This document shows positions 53,601-63,329 of a stretch of 64,000 nucleotides of DNA, piece by piece. This stretch comes from Pseudobdellovibrionaceae bacterium. GTDB lineage: Bacteria; Bdellovibrionota; Bdellovibrionia; Bdellovibrionales; UBA1609. The position numbers and the translations under genes are program-made. Positions within the stretch are counted from its first letter, which is position 1; each line of letters starts with the position of its first letter. The notes under the pieces are model-generated. The model worked only from the letters and a program-made list of their open reading frames with translations, ran no database searches and was not told the origin of the DNA. The stretch spans positions 5,229-69,228 of the forward strand of contig JAMLIO010000008.1 in assembly GCA_023954155.1 (NCBI GenBank), in the 5' to 3' direction.

Positions 53601-54377
53601 TTGTGAACCTATGACAGGAGTGGCACATAATGAATCGGCAAAGATCTCAATGCTTCCGCCGTCAGCATCTGCAACGGTACCTGTAAGAACAGGAGTGTTG
53701 TCGGCACTGACACGAGGGTCAGAAGGGAAATTGGGATTTCCTGCAGAAATATTTAATGTCAAAGTTGGATGTCCAGGGACTGTGTTGTCAAAATCATAAG
53801 TGGCGCTATCTGTTCCTGTGTTACCTGCAAGATCAGTTTGCGAGGCGATAAGTTCTCTTTGTCCCACAGTGGGCAATAAATTAAATTGGACTGTGGCAGT
53901 GAACTGTCCAGACTCAAGACAAGGGATGTTGATGCCGCTTTGTAAGTCCCCAGTCAGAGCCACCAGAAGACCTGCTTCACAAGTTCCAGACACACTCACT
54001 TGCACACCGACAAAACCACCATTAGCAGGATGAGTGATGCTCACTGCAGGAGGAGTGGTATCAAAAATGATTTGGGCTGTAGCACTGTACGTGTCTTGTG
54101 TGGCTTCTAGATCGGTTTGAGCTTGATCTACGGTGATATCAGCTTCGTATTGACCGTCTGTACACGTCAGTGTCAGAGGGGAACCCGTAAAATTGCCAGT
54201 GACTGTCACTGTTAAGTCGTCAAGTTTATCCTGACAGACCCCCGAAATATGAACCGCAGCCACATTGGTGTGTGAGGGAGCGACAAGAGTAAATCGTTCA
54301 GCGCTGTTATTACTAGTAAAGCCACCGCAACCAGTGACAAAGGATAAAAGTATTACTCCCCAGAGCAAACGGACCAT
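50670..54377 (-). CDS. N-terminal portion of the giant repetitive Ig-like surface lipoprotein
   Basis: Lipobox in MVRLLWGVILLSFVTGC. About 300-aa super-repeats are delimited by LDTT(P/A)P linkers at aa 106, 312, 615 and further on. Ends at TGA 50670-50672 in the middle of a repeat. Confidence 0.75.
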   Translation of the reverse strand: MVRLLWGVILLSFVTGCGGFTSNNSAERFTLVAPSHTNVAAVHISGVCQDKLDDLTVTVTGNFTGSPLTLTCTDGQYEADITVDQAQTDLEATQDTYSATAQIIFDTTPPAVSITHPANGGFVGVQVSVSGTCEAGLLVALTGDLQSGINIPCLESGQFTATVQFNLLPTVGQRELIASQTDLAGNTGTDSATYDFDNTVPGHPTLTLNISAGNPNFPSDPRVSADNTPVLTGTVADADGGSIEIFADSLCATPVIGSQTIPSGGNLNITNISFANDGSADGLKRFYARVTGVNGVQNPGGCYSTLLSYRLDTTPPVITVASPQNGQSYYAGSSLLFSGTCENGTPVDITLDGSTHQAPCSSSAFSTSLNLPGSTGATTATFAQTDLANLNTSESVTFTLTLGPPTNPEIAITSPASGSVIDVSNPVTVSGTCTSHPVMNSTITFTGSVVGTTTTNCISDGSAYGGTFSTSLQFSTVANPTLTATQIKTDTNTTYTSTVSYQVAPANPTTLTLNHDAGHPTYTTTPPSSRDTTPTITGTVSLATLGTLFIYSDPSCSQLVQSYSVPSNGNVNITSLNYQNDGSDDGDKHFYAILHNSHGTPNAGGCTAVGSYKLDTTAPALTLTSHTHGETYYLESLQTFTGSCESDAPIQLTVGGQSFTPTCASGAFTQNVLFPSAGSSINLTLVQADAANNTTQINHTYSLTLAPASSITITISAPAQHSTVDPTVPTAVSGVCTYHSDMSPVVLTGDITATVNAPCNSDGSAYGGMYSTYVTFNSVSSPTLTATQTNNFDAESNSASRQYYVAPTDPTLTLTVTPAGAVSKDTAPVISGTVERANNGTIQIFEDTMCAVMVQTSSVSSTGVINLSLTYDNDGTDDGLHHYYAQVAAQNGQTNPSGCFDTGLSYTLDTIAPTVTLTSHTEGNSYYANSSQTLQGACENGAQVDLNVGGVSHTATCASGTYNRVLTFPSTLGSTTLSFGQTDAAGNTALDSITVNITLPPPTSVSVAITSPSGGSTVTHLMETTISGTCAYHPDISTVEIFGEINNSVFTPCISDGSDYGGTFEAEVVFNPVASPTLRARQQKISDGTLYPSLQMTYVLLNFDAVFTMNLDPGNPNIPSDPPVSADTTPSLTGTLPEAEGLTLSLFEDAMCTGTAIATQTVPPSGEIVLGTSYNNDGSDDGLHSYYAQVSSGSFQSDCLDLEVSYVLDTQAPDVNLTSHSAASTYLVSSMQTLS

Positions 54378-54523
54378 AGCAACGTACCTCAGTGAATAGG
54401 TTATAAATATGAGATTTCATCGGAACTCTAGCGCAAATGTATTAGGTTTTGTGAATGAAGTTTTGGTAAATTATCAAATTAAGATTTTCACTTTTTCAGA
54501 GGCCACGTGTTGGAATTGAGTGT

Positions 54524-54552
54524 CTCAAAACACAGCACGACTTTGGGCTGTG
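54524..54552 (-). terminator. candidate intrinsic terminator downstream of hflX
   Basis: The minus strand reads CACAGC-CCAAAGTCGT-GCTGTG followed by TTTTGAG. Confidence 0.4.
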
Positions 54553-54597
54553 CACAACATTTTTGAAACGCAGATCCTCTGCTGTACGGTGCTGAAT

Positions 54598-55920
54598 TTA
54601 TTCTTCTTCTGAAGAAAAATTGTCTGTTTGGGGGGCTTGAGTTTGGTGTTTTGCTTTGAGTTCTTTTTCCCAGATGAGGTAGTTTCTAAAGGGGAAAGCG
54701 ATTTTTAAATTGTATCCTGTTTGGACAGGATGTTTTTCTAGGATTTGTCCTAGTTTGGTGATTTCGTAAATGCGATGTTCTTCTTCGTAGGGGATAAATG
54801 TTTCGACCTCTTTACTGATTGAATGAATTTCAGCCACGATTTTGGTTTTTAGAGCAGGAATGCCTTCTTCGGTTTGAGCACTCACCACGCAGAAAGGACG
54901 TTGTTTAATTCGAAATTGAGCTTCAATGGGAGCCGCATCTTTTTTATTAAACACATAAATGATGGGCTTTTCATTCCACTTAAACTCTTCGATCAATTTA
55001 TTTACAGCTTCAATCTGAATTTCAAAATCTGGATTTGAAAGATCAATCACATGCAGCAAAATATCGGCTTCACTGGTCTCTTCCAAAGTCGCCTTAAAGG
55101 CTTCGATCAGATGAGTGGGAAGCTTTTGAACAAATCCCACAGTATCCGTTAGAATCACATTGGGGGCTTTATCCAAGTGCATTTTTCGAGTCAAAGGATC
55201 AAGGGTGGCAAACAGTTGATCTTCAATTAAGGGTTCAGAACGGGTCAACGCCTTTAACAAAGAGCTTTTCCCAGCATTGGTGTATCCGATCAAGGCCACT
55301 TGTATGGCCGCAGAGCGACTGCGGCGAATCTCCTTGCGATGCTTTCGGACTTTTTCTAATTGTTTACGGATGACTTGTATGCGTTCGCGAATACGACGGC
55401 GGTCCATCTCCAAAGCCTTTTCCCCTGGGCCCCGAGTTCCGATTCCCGCGCCTAGTCTGGAAAGTGAGCCTAACCATCCTCCCACCATACGTGGTAATTG
55501 ATCAAGATGTTGAGCCAGTTCCACTTGCAGTTTTCCTTCATGAGTCTGTGCACGTTGAGCAAAGATATCAATGATGAGCTGACTGCGATCTAAAACTCGC
55601 ACGCCAATTTCTTTTTCTAAGTTTCTTAACTGTACTCCAGAAAGTTCGTGGTCAATGATCACCACATCTGCGGAAAGATCAGAAGCCAAACGTTTGATCT
55701 CTTGTACTTTGCCTTCACCAATAAGTGTAGCTGGTTGGATCTTTTCGGTGTGCTGATAGACGGAGGCAATGACTTCGCCCCCAGCAGCCTCGATAAGCTG
55801 TTCTAATTCAATCAAATCCAATTTTACACGTTCTAAACTTTGGCTTTTTAAACCAAACCCGACAGCGATCACGCCATCAGGTGTGGGTTTATTATTTTTA
55901 TTGATATGATCAGTGGGCAT
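54598..55920 (-). CDS. hflX: GTPase HflX
   Basis: HflX N-domain followed by the G-domain motifs GYTNAGKSSL (G1), DTVGF (G3) and NKKD (G4). ATG at 55920 is chosen, giving an 11-nt overlap with the maeB stop. Confidence 0.88.
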   Translation of the reverse strand: MPTDHINKNNKPTPDGVIAVGFGLKSQSLERVKLDLIELEQLIEAAGGEVIASVYQHTEKIQPATLIGEGKVQEIKRLASDLSADVVIIDHELSGVQLRNLEKEIGVRVLDRSQLIIDIFAQRAQTHEGKLQVELAQHLDQLPRMVGGWLGSLSRLGAGIGTRGPGEKALEMDRRRIRERIQVIRKQLEKVRKHRKEIRRSRSAAIQVALIGYTNAGKSSLLKALTRSEPLIEDQLFATLDPLTRKMHLDKAPNVILTDTVGFVQKLPTHLIEAFKATLEETSEADILLHVIDLSNPDFEIQIEAVNKLIEEFKWNEKPIIYVFNKKDAAPIEAQFRIKQRPFCVVSAQTEEGIPALKTKIVAEIHSISKEVETFIPYEEEHRIYEITKLGQILEKHPVQTGYNLKIAFPFRNYLIWEKELKAKHQTQAPQTDNFSSEEE

Positions 55921-58237
55921 AGATTTCTGGTTGAGTCTGACGTTGGGTGATGTCATGAGCAACAAGAGCTAGGGCGTTGACAATGTCACCGACAAGACCT
56001 GTGCGCTGAACAATGTTGCAAGGTTTTTTCATACCTAATAAAAGCGGGCCCACCACTTCGGCGTGAGAAAGCTGCTGAATGATTTTGTAAGAGATATTGG
56101 CCGCATCCAGATTAGGGAACACTAAAATATTAGCACCACCATCTTTGAGTTCAGAAAATGGAAACAGACGGTTGAGAATGGTAGGGTTGACGGCAGCATC
56201 AGCTTGCATCTCTCCGTCGACAATAAGATCAGGACGATATTTTTTAGCAAGTTCTGCAGCAAATTTCATTTTTGCTGCCCCTTCTGTGTCGCCAGAAAAA
56301 TTAGTGTAAGACAGCATAGCCACGCGTGGTGTTTGTCCATAACTGGTGGCAAGATCTGCGACATCTAAAGCAATGTGGGCTAAAGTTTCTGCATTAGGGT
56401 TAATGCACATGGTGGTGTCGGCAAAGAAGAACATTTTACCGTCAATCAAAACAATGTTAGCTCCCGCAGCGCGCCTGTCTTTACACACACCCACTGCTTC
56501 AAGAAGTGGTTTTACGCATTTAGCGTAACTTTGTGATGCTCCAGATACAACACCATCAGCGTCTCCCATTCTGACCATCATGGCTGCAAAATAATGGGGA
56601 TCTTTAAGAAGCGAGTCCACTTCGGATTGTAAAAGTCCACGACGACAACGAAGTTTAAAAAGTTCCTGGGCGTACTCTCTAAATCTGGGATGATCTTCGG
56701 GGCTGATGATTTCAGCATTTTTGATCAAATACAGTTCGTTTTTATCGGCTCTTTTTAAAATGGTGTTTCTGTTTCCAATGATGACAGGGTGGGCAAAGCC
56801 TTCTTCTAAAACCTGTTGCACGGCGCGGAGTACTTTACGACTGTTTCCTTCTGGTAAAACAATGCGGGGTTTCGTTTTAGTTTTTTTATTATAACTTTTA
56901 ACTTTGTTGATCAACGGTCTTATAAATGTTTTCTTTTGACTTAAGTAAGACTCAAGTTGATCTACATACTTATCAAAGTTTTCAATAGGTTTTTGGGCTA
57001 CGCCAGTGTCCATGGCGGCTTTTGCTACGGCGGGAGCGACTTTTAAAAGTACACGAGTATCAAAAGGTTTGGGAATGATATAGTCTTTACCAAAGTGAAA
57101 CTCTTGGTCTTTATAAGCTGAAGAGACCTCGTCTGGGACGGTTTCTTTGGTGAGTTCTGCTAGAGCACGAACAGCTGCAAGCTTCATCTCTTCATTGATG
57201 GTCGTGGCGCGCACATCTAGTGCTCCTCTGAAAATATAGGGAAAACCTAAAACGTTATTCACTTGATTGGGAAAATCACTGCGTCCAGTGGCCATAATCA
57301 AATCTGATCTTAAACTCATGGCGTGATTGGGATTAACTTCAGGGTCTGGGTTTGCTAGCGCAAAAATGATGGCATTAGAATTCATCGACATGATCATGTC
57401 ATCAGTAAGAATGTTAGCAACGCTTAAACCCACAAAGACATCCGTATTTTTAATAGCGTCGGCTAAAGTTCTGTGTGGTGTTTTACGGGCAAACTCTTCT
57501 TTGTATGGCCCCAAATCAGTTCTTTCTGTTTGAATGACACCCTTAGAGTCACACATAATGATGTTTTCTTTTTGAATTCCTACTTTGACAAAAAGTTTAG
57601 CACAAGTTATTGCAGCCGCGCCTGCTCCGTTAATCACCACTTTGGTTTCATTCATTTTACGATTAGTCAGCTCACAGGCATTGGTTAAAGCTGCGGCAGA
57701 AATGATGGCGGTCCCATGTTGGTCATCATGAAACACAGGGATATTCATCTCTTCTTTAAGGCGTTTTTCAATTTCAAAACAAGCAGGTGAAGAGATGTCT
57801 TCCAGATTGATCCCTCCAAAAGTAGGTTCAAGACTTTTTACAATCTGGATGAATTTTTCAGGATCAGTTTCATTGATTTCAATATCGAACACATTGATAT
57901 TGGCAAACTTTTTAAATAAAACACCTTTACCTTCCATAACTGGTTTTCCCGCCAAGGCACCAATATTGCCAAGGCCTAAAACGGCAGTTCCATTGGAAAT
58001 GACTGCCACAAGATTACCTTTAGAAGTGTACTCAAAAGCAAGTCCAGGGTCTTTGGCAATTGCACGACAAGGCACTGCCACTCCAGGAGAGTAAGCAAGT
58101 GCTAGAGCATGCTCAGAACTCACATCTTTAGTGGTGTTGACTTCTATTTTTCCAGGATAAGGGTAGGTATGATAAGTTAAAGCCTCTTCTTCAAAGGATG
58201 CCAATTTAGATTTGTTCTCACTAAAGATCGTGGACAT
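55910..58237 (-). CDS. maeB: NADP-dependent malic enzyme with a C-terminal phosphotransacetylase-like domain
   Basis: [15 protein letters not shown] and GAGAAA malic-enzyme blocks, plus a PTA-like C-terminal half of about 330 aa. ATG at 58237 has GGGAGA upstream. Confidence 0.9.
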   Translation of the reverse strand: MSTIFSENKSKLASFEEEALTYHTYPYPGKIEVNTTKDVSSEHALALAYSPGVAVPCRAIAKDPGLAFEYTSKGNLVAVISNGTAVLGLGNIGALAGKPVMEGKGVLFKKFANINVFDIEINETDPEKFIQIVKSLEPTFGGINLEDISSPACFEIEKRLKEEMNIPVFHDDQHGTAIISAAALTNACELTNRKMNETKVVINGAGAAAITCAKLFVKVGIQKENIIMCDSKGVIQTERTDLGPYKEEFARKTPHRTLADAIKNTDVFVGLSVANILTDDMIMSMNSNAIIFALANPDPEVNPNHAMSLRSDLIMATGRSDFPNQVNNVLGFPYIFRGALDVRATTINEEMKLAAVRALAELTKETVPDEVSSAYKDQEFHFGKDYIIPKPFDTRVLLKVAPAVAKAAMDTGVAQKPIENFDKYVDQLESYLSQKKTFIRPLINKVKSYNKKTKTKPRIVLPEGNSRKVLRAVQQVLEEGFAHPVIIGNRNTILKRADKNELYLIKNAEIISPEDHPRFREYAQELFKLRCRRGLLQSEVDSLLKDPHYFAAMMVRMGDADGVVSGASQSYAKCVKPLLEAVGVCKDRRAAGANIVLIDGKMFFFADTTMCINPNAETLAHIALDVADLATSYGQTPRVAMLSYTNFSGDTEGAAKMKFAAELAKKYRPDLIVDGEMQADAAVNPTILNRLFPFSELKDGGANILVFPNLDAANISYKIIQQLSHAEVVGPLLLGMKKPCNIVQRTGLVGDIVNALALVAHDITQRQTQPEIYAH

Positions 58238-58385
58238 AAATTCTCCCAAAAACCGTGCATGTTTTAAAATTGCTTATTTCAAAACTGGTAATATAATCAA
58301 TAATTACAGACTTAGCACCACTTATTCACTATTTTAAGAAACCAGACAAGGGCAATTCCTAATAATGTGTTTATCAAGCTACAGA

Positions 58386-58415
58386 TTGACAGTGGGAATT
58401 AGAGTTTTGGACAAT
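58386..58415 (+). promoter_or_regulatory. candidate sigma-70-type promoter for fadI
   Basis: TTGACA at 58386-58391, an 18-nt spacer, then GACAAT at 58410-58415. It lies about 30 nt upstream of the GGAGGA SD. Confidence 0.3.
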
Positions 58416-58446
58416 AGACACTTAAAGCATCCACGGAGGATAAACT

Positions 58447-59793
58447 ATGAGCCAAAGAGAAGTTGTGATCGTTGAAGGTGTGCGCACTCCATTTGCAAAA
58501 TCAGGCGCTGATCTGGCAGGGGTTCACCCCTCAGAATTGGGAACGGTGGCTTTAAAGGAGCTGCTTCAAAAAGTGGCTTTGGATGTGGGTCTCATTGATG
58601 AGGTGATCATGGGCAATACAGGGTCGCCTTCGGATGCGGTGAACATCTCAAGAGTAGTGGCCTTAAATGCGGGAGTCCCTCTTAAAACTTCGGCTTACAC
58701 TGTGCATAGAAACTGTGCATCAGCCTTAGAAAGCATTGCCTCAGGTTATGAAAGAATCAAATCAGGCACTATGGATGTGGTGGTCTCTGGTGGAACTGAA
58801 AACATGTCTCAGATGCCTTTAATTTGGAATCATGAACACATGAAGCGTTTTAACAAACTTGCTGCGGCAAGAACGGGAGGGGCTAAATTGAAAGCTCTCT
58901 TGTCCCTACTGATGGCCAACATCGGTCAGGTGAAAGAGATTGCCACAACCTCACCTATGAAAAACACAAGACTCAAACCCCGCATCTCCTTAGTGGAAGG
59001 ACTCACAGACCCTTTTGTGGGCATTAACATGGGACAGACTGCTGAGATTTTAGCCAAAGAGTTTGGTCTAAGCCGTGAAGAGCAAGATCGTTTTGCCATG
59101 AATTCTCATCACAAAGCGGGAAAGGCCCAAGAAAATGGAAACCTTGCTGAGGAGATCACCCCAGTTTATCTACCGCCTAAATATAATAAAATCGTAGAGC
59201 AAGATGTGGGTCCAAGAAAAAATCAATCGATGGAAGCTTTGGCAAAACTCAAACCCATTTTTGATCGCAAATATGGAACGGTCACTCCTGGAAACGCCTG
59301 CCCCATCACCGATGGCGCGGCTGTGTTGCTTTTGATGGACTCAGAAAAGGCCAAAGCCTTGGGTTACAAACCTCTGGCTAAAATTAGATCTTACGCTTTT
59401 GCGGGGCTTGAACCAGAGCGAATGGGACTGGGACCTGCTTACTCCACACCTATAGCTTTGAAGCGTGCGGGTTTGACCTTAAAAGACATCGACAGAGTGG
59501 AACTCAACGAAGCTTTTGCCGCCCAAGTGATGGCCTGCCAAAAGGCGATGGCCAGTGACAAGTTCTGCCAAGAAAAGTTAGGGCTCACTTCGGCTGTGGG
59601 TGAACTGTCAGATGACATCCTTAACGTCAACGGAGGAGCCATTGCCCTAGGACACCCCGTGGGTGCTACAGGTACAAGATTAGTTCTGACACTGATGAAA
59701 GAACTTAAACGCAGCCAAAAACAATTTGGTCTAGCCACCCTGTGTATCGGTGGTGGACAAGGTGGCGCTATGGTGATCGAAAACTTAAACTAG
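58447..59793 (+). CDS. fadI: 3-ketoacyl-CoA thiolase, FadI-like (long form with insertion)
   Basis: VRTPFAKSG, active-site Cys in HRNCASAL, NEAFAAQ and C-terminal CIGGGQG. The 448-aa length with an internal insertion resembles FadI, and it is paired with a FadJ-like gene. Confidence 0.8.
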   Translation: MSQREVVIVEGVRTPFAKSGADLAGVHPSELGTVALKELLQKVALDVGLIDEVIMGNTGSPSDAVNISRVVALNAGVPLKTSAYTVHRNCASALESIASGYERIKSGTMDVVVSGGTENMSQMPLIWNHEHMKRFNKLAAARTGGAKLKALLSLLMANIGQVKEIATTSPMKNTRLKPRISLVEGLTDPFVGINMGQTAEILAKEFGLSREEQDRFAMNSHHKAGKAQENGNLAEEITPVYLPPKYNKIVEQDVGPRKNQSMEALAKLKPIFDRKYGTVTPGNACPITDGAAVLLLMDSEKAKALGYKPLAKIRSYAFAGLEPERMGLGPAYSTPIALKRAGLTLKDIDRVELNEAFAAQVMACQKAMASDKFCQEKLGLTSAVGELSDDILNVNGGAIALGHPVGATGTRLVLTLMKELKRSQKQFGLATLCIGGGQGGAMVIENLN

Positions 59794-59933
59794 TGGAGTG
59801 GAGAAAGTAAAAGCATTGAGTGCGCGTCCAACCCCAAAATTGAAAATGTGAACAACTGGATGACAGAGTAAAAAAATAGTAAAAATTTATATCCAGATTA
59901 AAATTGAAGTGAAGCCAAAAAGGAAAGTCATAT

Positions 59934-62084
59934 ATGAGCATGGAAGAGAGTTTAAAATTAGTCAGTAAAGGCGAGTACGTTGTTTTAGAGTTAGATTTAC
60001 AAGGGGAGAAAGTGAATAAGCTTTCCACTCCTGTGATGCTGCGTTTAGAAAAGCTCCTCGAAGAGGTCAAGAGTTCCAGCTATAAGGCTTTGGTGATTTT
60101 GTCCAAAAAGAAAAATATTTTTATCGCAGGGGCCGACATCGAAGAGATTAAAAGTTTTACCGACAAAGACGCTTTTTCTGAGGCAGTGGAGCGTGGGCAA
60201 AACATCATGAACCATATTGAAGACTTAAAAATCCCTGTGATCGCAGCCATTAATGGTGCCTGTATGGGAGGGGGTACAGAGTTAGCCCTAGCCTGTGACT
60301 ATCGTGTAGCCTCCGATGCGGACTCGACAAAAATTGGTCTTCCTGAAACTCAGCTAGGGATCATTCCAGGCTTTGGAGGTTGTGTAAGGCTTCCACGTGT
60401 GGTGGGACTCATTCAAAGTTTACAGATCATTTTACCTGGAGGATCCGTGCGCGCGGATAAGGCTTATAAGATTGGTCTTGTCGATGAAGTGATCCCTGAG
60501 ACCGTTTTTGAGTCTAAGGTGGAGGAGTTTGTAAATGCCATTCTTAAAAAAGGAGCTAAGAAACGCCGTAAGGTCTTTTCTCCTAGTTTGACAGGTAAGC
60601 TTATGGAAAGCCCGCTCCTTAAATGGAAGATCTTTTCTGAATCCAAAAAAGGTATAATGAAGCAAAGTAAAGGTCACTATCCTGCACCCTTAAAAGCCCT
60701 TGAGGTGGTGCAAAAGACCTATGGCATGTCTAATCGAACAAAAGCTTTGCGTATTGAAAGAGAAGGCTTTTTAGAAGTTGCACTCACAGACATCAGTAAA
60801 AACTTAATTCAACTTTTCTTTTGGATGGAGAACATTAAAAAACGCAATGGTCTTCCTGCGGGAGCCCCTGCTGTAAAGCCTCGTGAAATTAAAAACATGG
60901 CGGTTTTAGGTGCAGGAACTATGGGCGGAGGGATTGCTCAGCTCGCTGCTGATAAAGGGGTCAATGTGCGTATGAAAGACCTCTCTAACGAGGCTCTTAA
61001 AAAGGGCTTTGAGGCCGCTGCGGACATTTGGAACAAAAAGGTCAAGCGTCGTCGTATGACAGAAAAAGAGCTGCAAACTAAAATGGGACATTTGACAGGC
61101 ACGATGGACTATTCTGGATTTCAACACATGGATCTAGTTGTAGAAGCCATTGTTGAGGACATGAACATCAAAAAGAAAGTGATCGCCGAAACCGTAGCTC
61201 AATGTCCTAAGGACTGTATAATTGCCACAAACACTTCGTCTTTAAGTGTGAATGAAATGTCAGAGGCTCATCCAAGACCTGAGAACTTTGTGGGTCTGCA
61301 TTACTTTAACCCAGTTCATAAGATGCCTCTGGTTGAGGTCATCCGTGGGAAAAACACCAGCGATGAGGTGACTACAACAGTATTTGAATTCGCAAAACGT
61401 ATGGGCAAAACCCCAGTGGTGGTGAATGATGGTCCTGGATTTTTGGTCAACCGCTTACTGTTACCGTGGTTGTCTGAAGCTCTCTTCATTCTTGAAGACG
61501 GCATGGATATCAAAACCGTGGATAAATATTATACCCATATTTTTGGTATGCCCATGGGGCCTTACAGACTGATGGATGAGATCGGCATTGATGTGTGCAT
61601 GAAGGTGCTAAAGATCTTTAAATCATCGTTTGGAGACCGTATGGAAGTCTCAAAACTGGTAGAAAAGGTTTCACAAACAGATCGTTTAGGCAGAAAAAAT
61701 AAAAAAGGTTTTTATAAATATGATGAGAAAGGCTTTGCCACTGAAGTGGATACGTCCGTGTATGCCGACCTAGGGCTACCAGCACCTAAAGCAAATATCC
61801 CAGCGGGCGAGGTGATTGATCGCGGTGTGTACGCTATGGTCAATGAGGCGGCTTTGGCTTTGTTAGAGGATAAAATTGTAGAGTCCGCAGAAGAAGTGGA
61901 TGTGGCTATGATTTTTGGTACGGGTTTCCCTCCTTTCCGTGGTGGACTGCTGAAGTATGCTGACAGTGTGGGAGTGAAAAACGTCGTAGAGCGACTTGAA
62001 GCTTTTGAATCCAAATACAGCTCAAGGTTTAAACCCACAGAGCCTTTGAGAGAGCTTGTAAATAACAATAAAACGTTTTACTAA
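59934..62084 (+). CDS. fadJ: fatty-acid oxidation complex alpha subunit (enoyl-CoA hydratase / 3-hydroxyacyl-CoA dehydrogenase)
   Basis: Crotonase domain (FIAGADI, INGACMGGGTELALACD) followed by an NAD-binding VLGAGTMGGGIA dehydrogenase domain. Length 716 aa. Confidence 0.88.
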   Translation: MSMEESLKLVSKGEYVVLELDLQGEKVNKLSTPVMLRLEKLLEEVKSSSYKALVILSKKKNIFIAGADIEEIKSFTDKDAFSEAVERGQNIMNHIEDLKIPVIAAINGACMGGGTELALACDYRVASDADSTKIGLPETQLGIIPGFGGCVRLPRVVGLIQSLQIILPGGSVRADKAYKIGLVDEVIPETVFESKVEEFVNAILKKGAKKRRKVFSPSLTGKLMESPLLKWKIFSESKKGIMKQSKGHYPAPLKALEVVQKTYGMSNRTKALRIEREGFLEVALTDISKNLIQLFFWMENIKKRNGLPAGAPAVKPREIKNMAVLGAGTMGGGIAQLAADKGVNVRMKDLSNEALKKGFEAAADIWNKKVKRRRMTEKELQTKMGHLTGTMDYSGFQHMDLVVEAIVEDMNIKKKVIAETVAQCPKDCIIATNTSSLSVNEMSEAHPRPENFVGLHYFNPVHKMPLVEVIRGKNTSDEVTTTVFEFAKRMGKTPVVVNDGPGFLVNRLLLPWLSEALFILEDGMDIKTVDKYYTHIFGMPMGPYRLMDEIGIDVCMKVLKIFKSSFGDRMEVSKLVEKVSQTDRLGRKNKKGFYKYDEKGFATEVDTSVYADLGLPAPKANIPAGEVIDRGVYAMVNEAALALLEDKIVESAEEVDVAMIFGTGFPPFRGGLLKYADSVGVKNVVERLEAFESKYSSRFKPTEPLRELVNNNKTFY

Positions 62085-63008
62085 ATGAATATGAGTCCAT
62101 GTCCTGTTGTCGTCGTCGGCGATATTATTTTAGATGAATATTGGTATGGGGTTTCAGAGCGTATTTCTCCAGAAGCTCCTGTGCCTGTTGTTCTTAAAAA
62201 ACAGTCCACGAGCCGTTTAGGTGGAGCCGCTAACGTCGCTTTAAATATCAAGACTCTAGAAGTTCCCGTGCATCTAGTAGGAGTTCTAGGCCAAGACGAA
62301 GCGGGGGCGAAAGTGAACGCTTTACTCCAAGAGCACGAGATTGGGACAAGTTTGGTGCAAGAACCAGGTTTAACCACGATTCAAAAGCTTAGAATTTTAG
62401 CCAACAATCATTACATTGGGCGAGTAGATTTTGAAGAGCCCTTTACGCCCGAGCCTCAAGAGCTTTGGGCTCGTATTCCTGAGTCTGTGGAGTATTGTGT
62501 TCTTAGCGATTATGGCAAAGGGACTTTGACCAGCAGCAAACATAAAAGCGTGGTGTCTTTACCCGAAGGCCTCATTCAAAACTTAAATGCTAAAGGCTGC
62601 AAAGTGCTTGTGGACCCCAAAGCCAGCTTTGATAACTACCAAGGGGCATGGCTGATCAAGCCCAATAAAAAAGAATTTGAAACCTATGTGGGTGAATTTT
62701 ACTCCCGTGAAGACCTGATTCAAAAAGCACAAGAGGCTCTTAAAACCCATGGCATTAGTAATATGCTTGTGACTCTGGGTTCTGAGGGGATGATGCTGAT
62801 CAGCGAAAACCAGCACCAGCACTGGCCTTCAGAGGCTTTGGATGTCTTTGATGTGACAGGAGCTGGGGACACGGTCATCGCCACATTAGCAAGCTTTATG
62901 GCAAAAGGGTCTTCACTGGTGGAAGCGGTGGTCCAAGCAGGTAAAGCCGCTGCCATAGCTGTAGGCAAGAAGGGTGTATATAACGTGAAATTACAGGAGC
63001 TTAGCTAA
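62085..63008 (+). CDS. hldA: D-glycero-beta-D-manno-heptose-7-phosphate kinase (RfaE domain I, PfkB family)
   Basis: VVVVGDIILDEYWYG...ISPEAPVPV N-terminus and the PfkB signature DVTGAGDTVIATL. The ATG immediately follows the fadJ TAA. Confidence 0.75.
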   Translation: MNMSPCPVVVVGDIILDEYWYGVSERISPEAPVPVVLKKQSTSRLGGAANVALNIKTLEVPVHLVGVLGQDEAGAKVNALLQEHEIGTSLVQEPGLTTIQKLRILANNHYIGRVDFEEPFTPEPQELWARIPESVEYCVLSDYGKGTLTSSKHKSVVSLPEGLIQNLNAKGCKVLVDPKASFDNYQGAWLIKPNKKEFETYVGEFYSREDLIQKAQEALKTHGISNMLVTLGSEGMMLISENQHQHWPSEALDVFDVTGAGDTVIATLASFMAKGSSLVEAVVQAGKAAAIAVGKKGVYNVKLQELS

Positions 63009-63329
63009 CTTTTAAAGTTGATCTGGTTCCAAAATGGCACACAGCAAAAATCGCAAAAAAACCAAGCAAAGTTTTCACGACATGGAATTTAAGAAAACCC
63101 TTGTTTTTCTGTAACCCAGATGGATTTATCTAAGAAAAACAGTAGTTTAAGCGTAAAATTTCAACACATAATTATCTTTTATATCATCCATATAAATTTT
63201 GCTTATCTCTAAGCCCCTTATTTCTTGACAGAAACGCGCCCTTAAACAAAAACTCTGGTCTCAATTTGGGTTCATTTAAGAATCTGATTAGAAATTTAAG
63301 AACCAATAAAACCGTGAGGGGATAAAATA

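Larger units (their letters stand above)
48024..54377 (-). pseudogene. single ~2,100-codon lipoprotein adhesin gene interrupted by one in-frame TGA (nonsense mutation, sequencing error or read-through site)
   Basis: Both ORFs are in the same frame. The sequence reads SMQTLS-TGA-SCESGLNVALDVGG, and paralogous repeats have Gly at the TGA position. Confidence 0.6.

Noticed and set aside
48024-54377. Numerous 60-90-aa plus-strand ORFs inside the adhesin gene (for example 50214-50480, 50902-51108, 53095-53310, 53551-54033)
   Set aside because: They are antisense to a long, clearly coding repetitive gene. They result from the stop-poor antisense frame of Thr/Ser/Gly-rich codons.
63034-63114. 26-aa ORF (MAHSKNRKKTKQSFHDMEFKKTLVFL) in the hldA/exbB spacer
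   Set aside because: It has no Shine-Dalgarno and is too short to evaluate. It cannot be supported from sequence alone.
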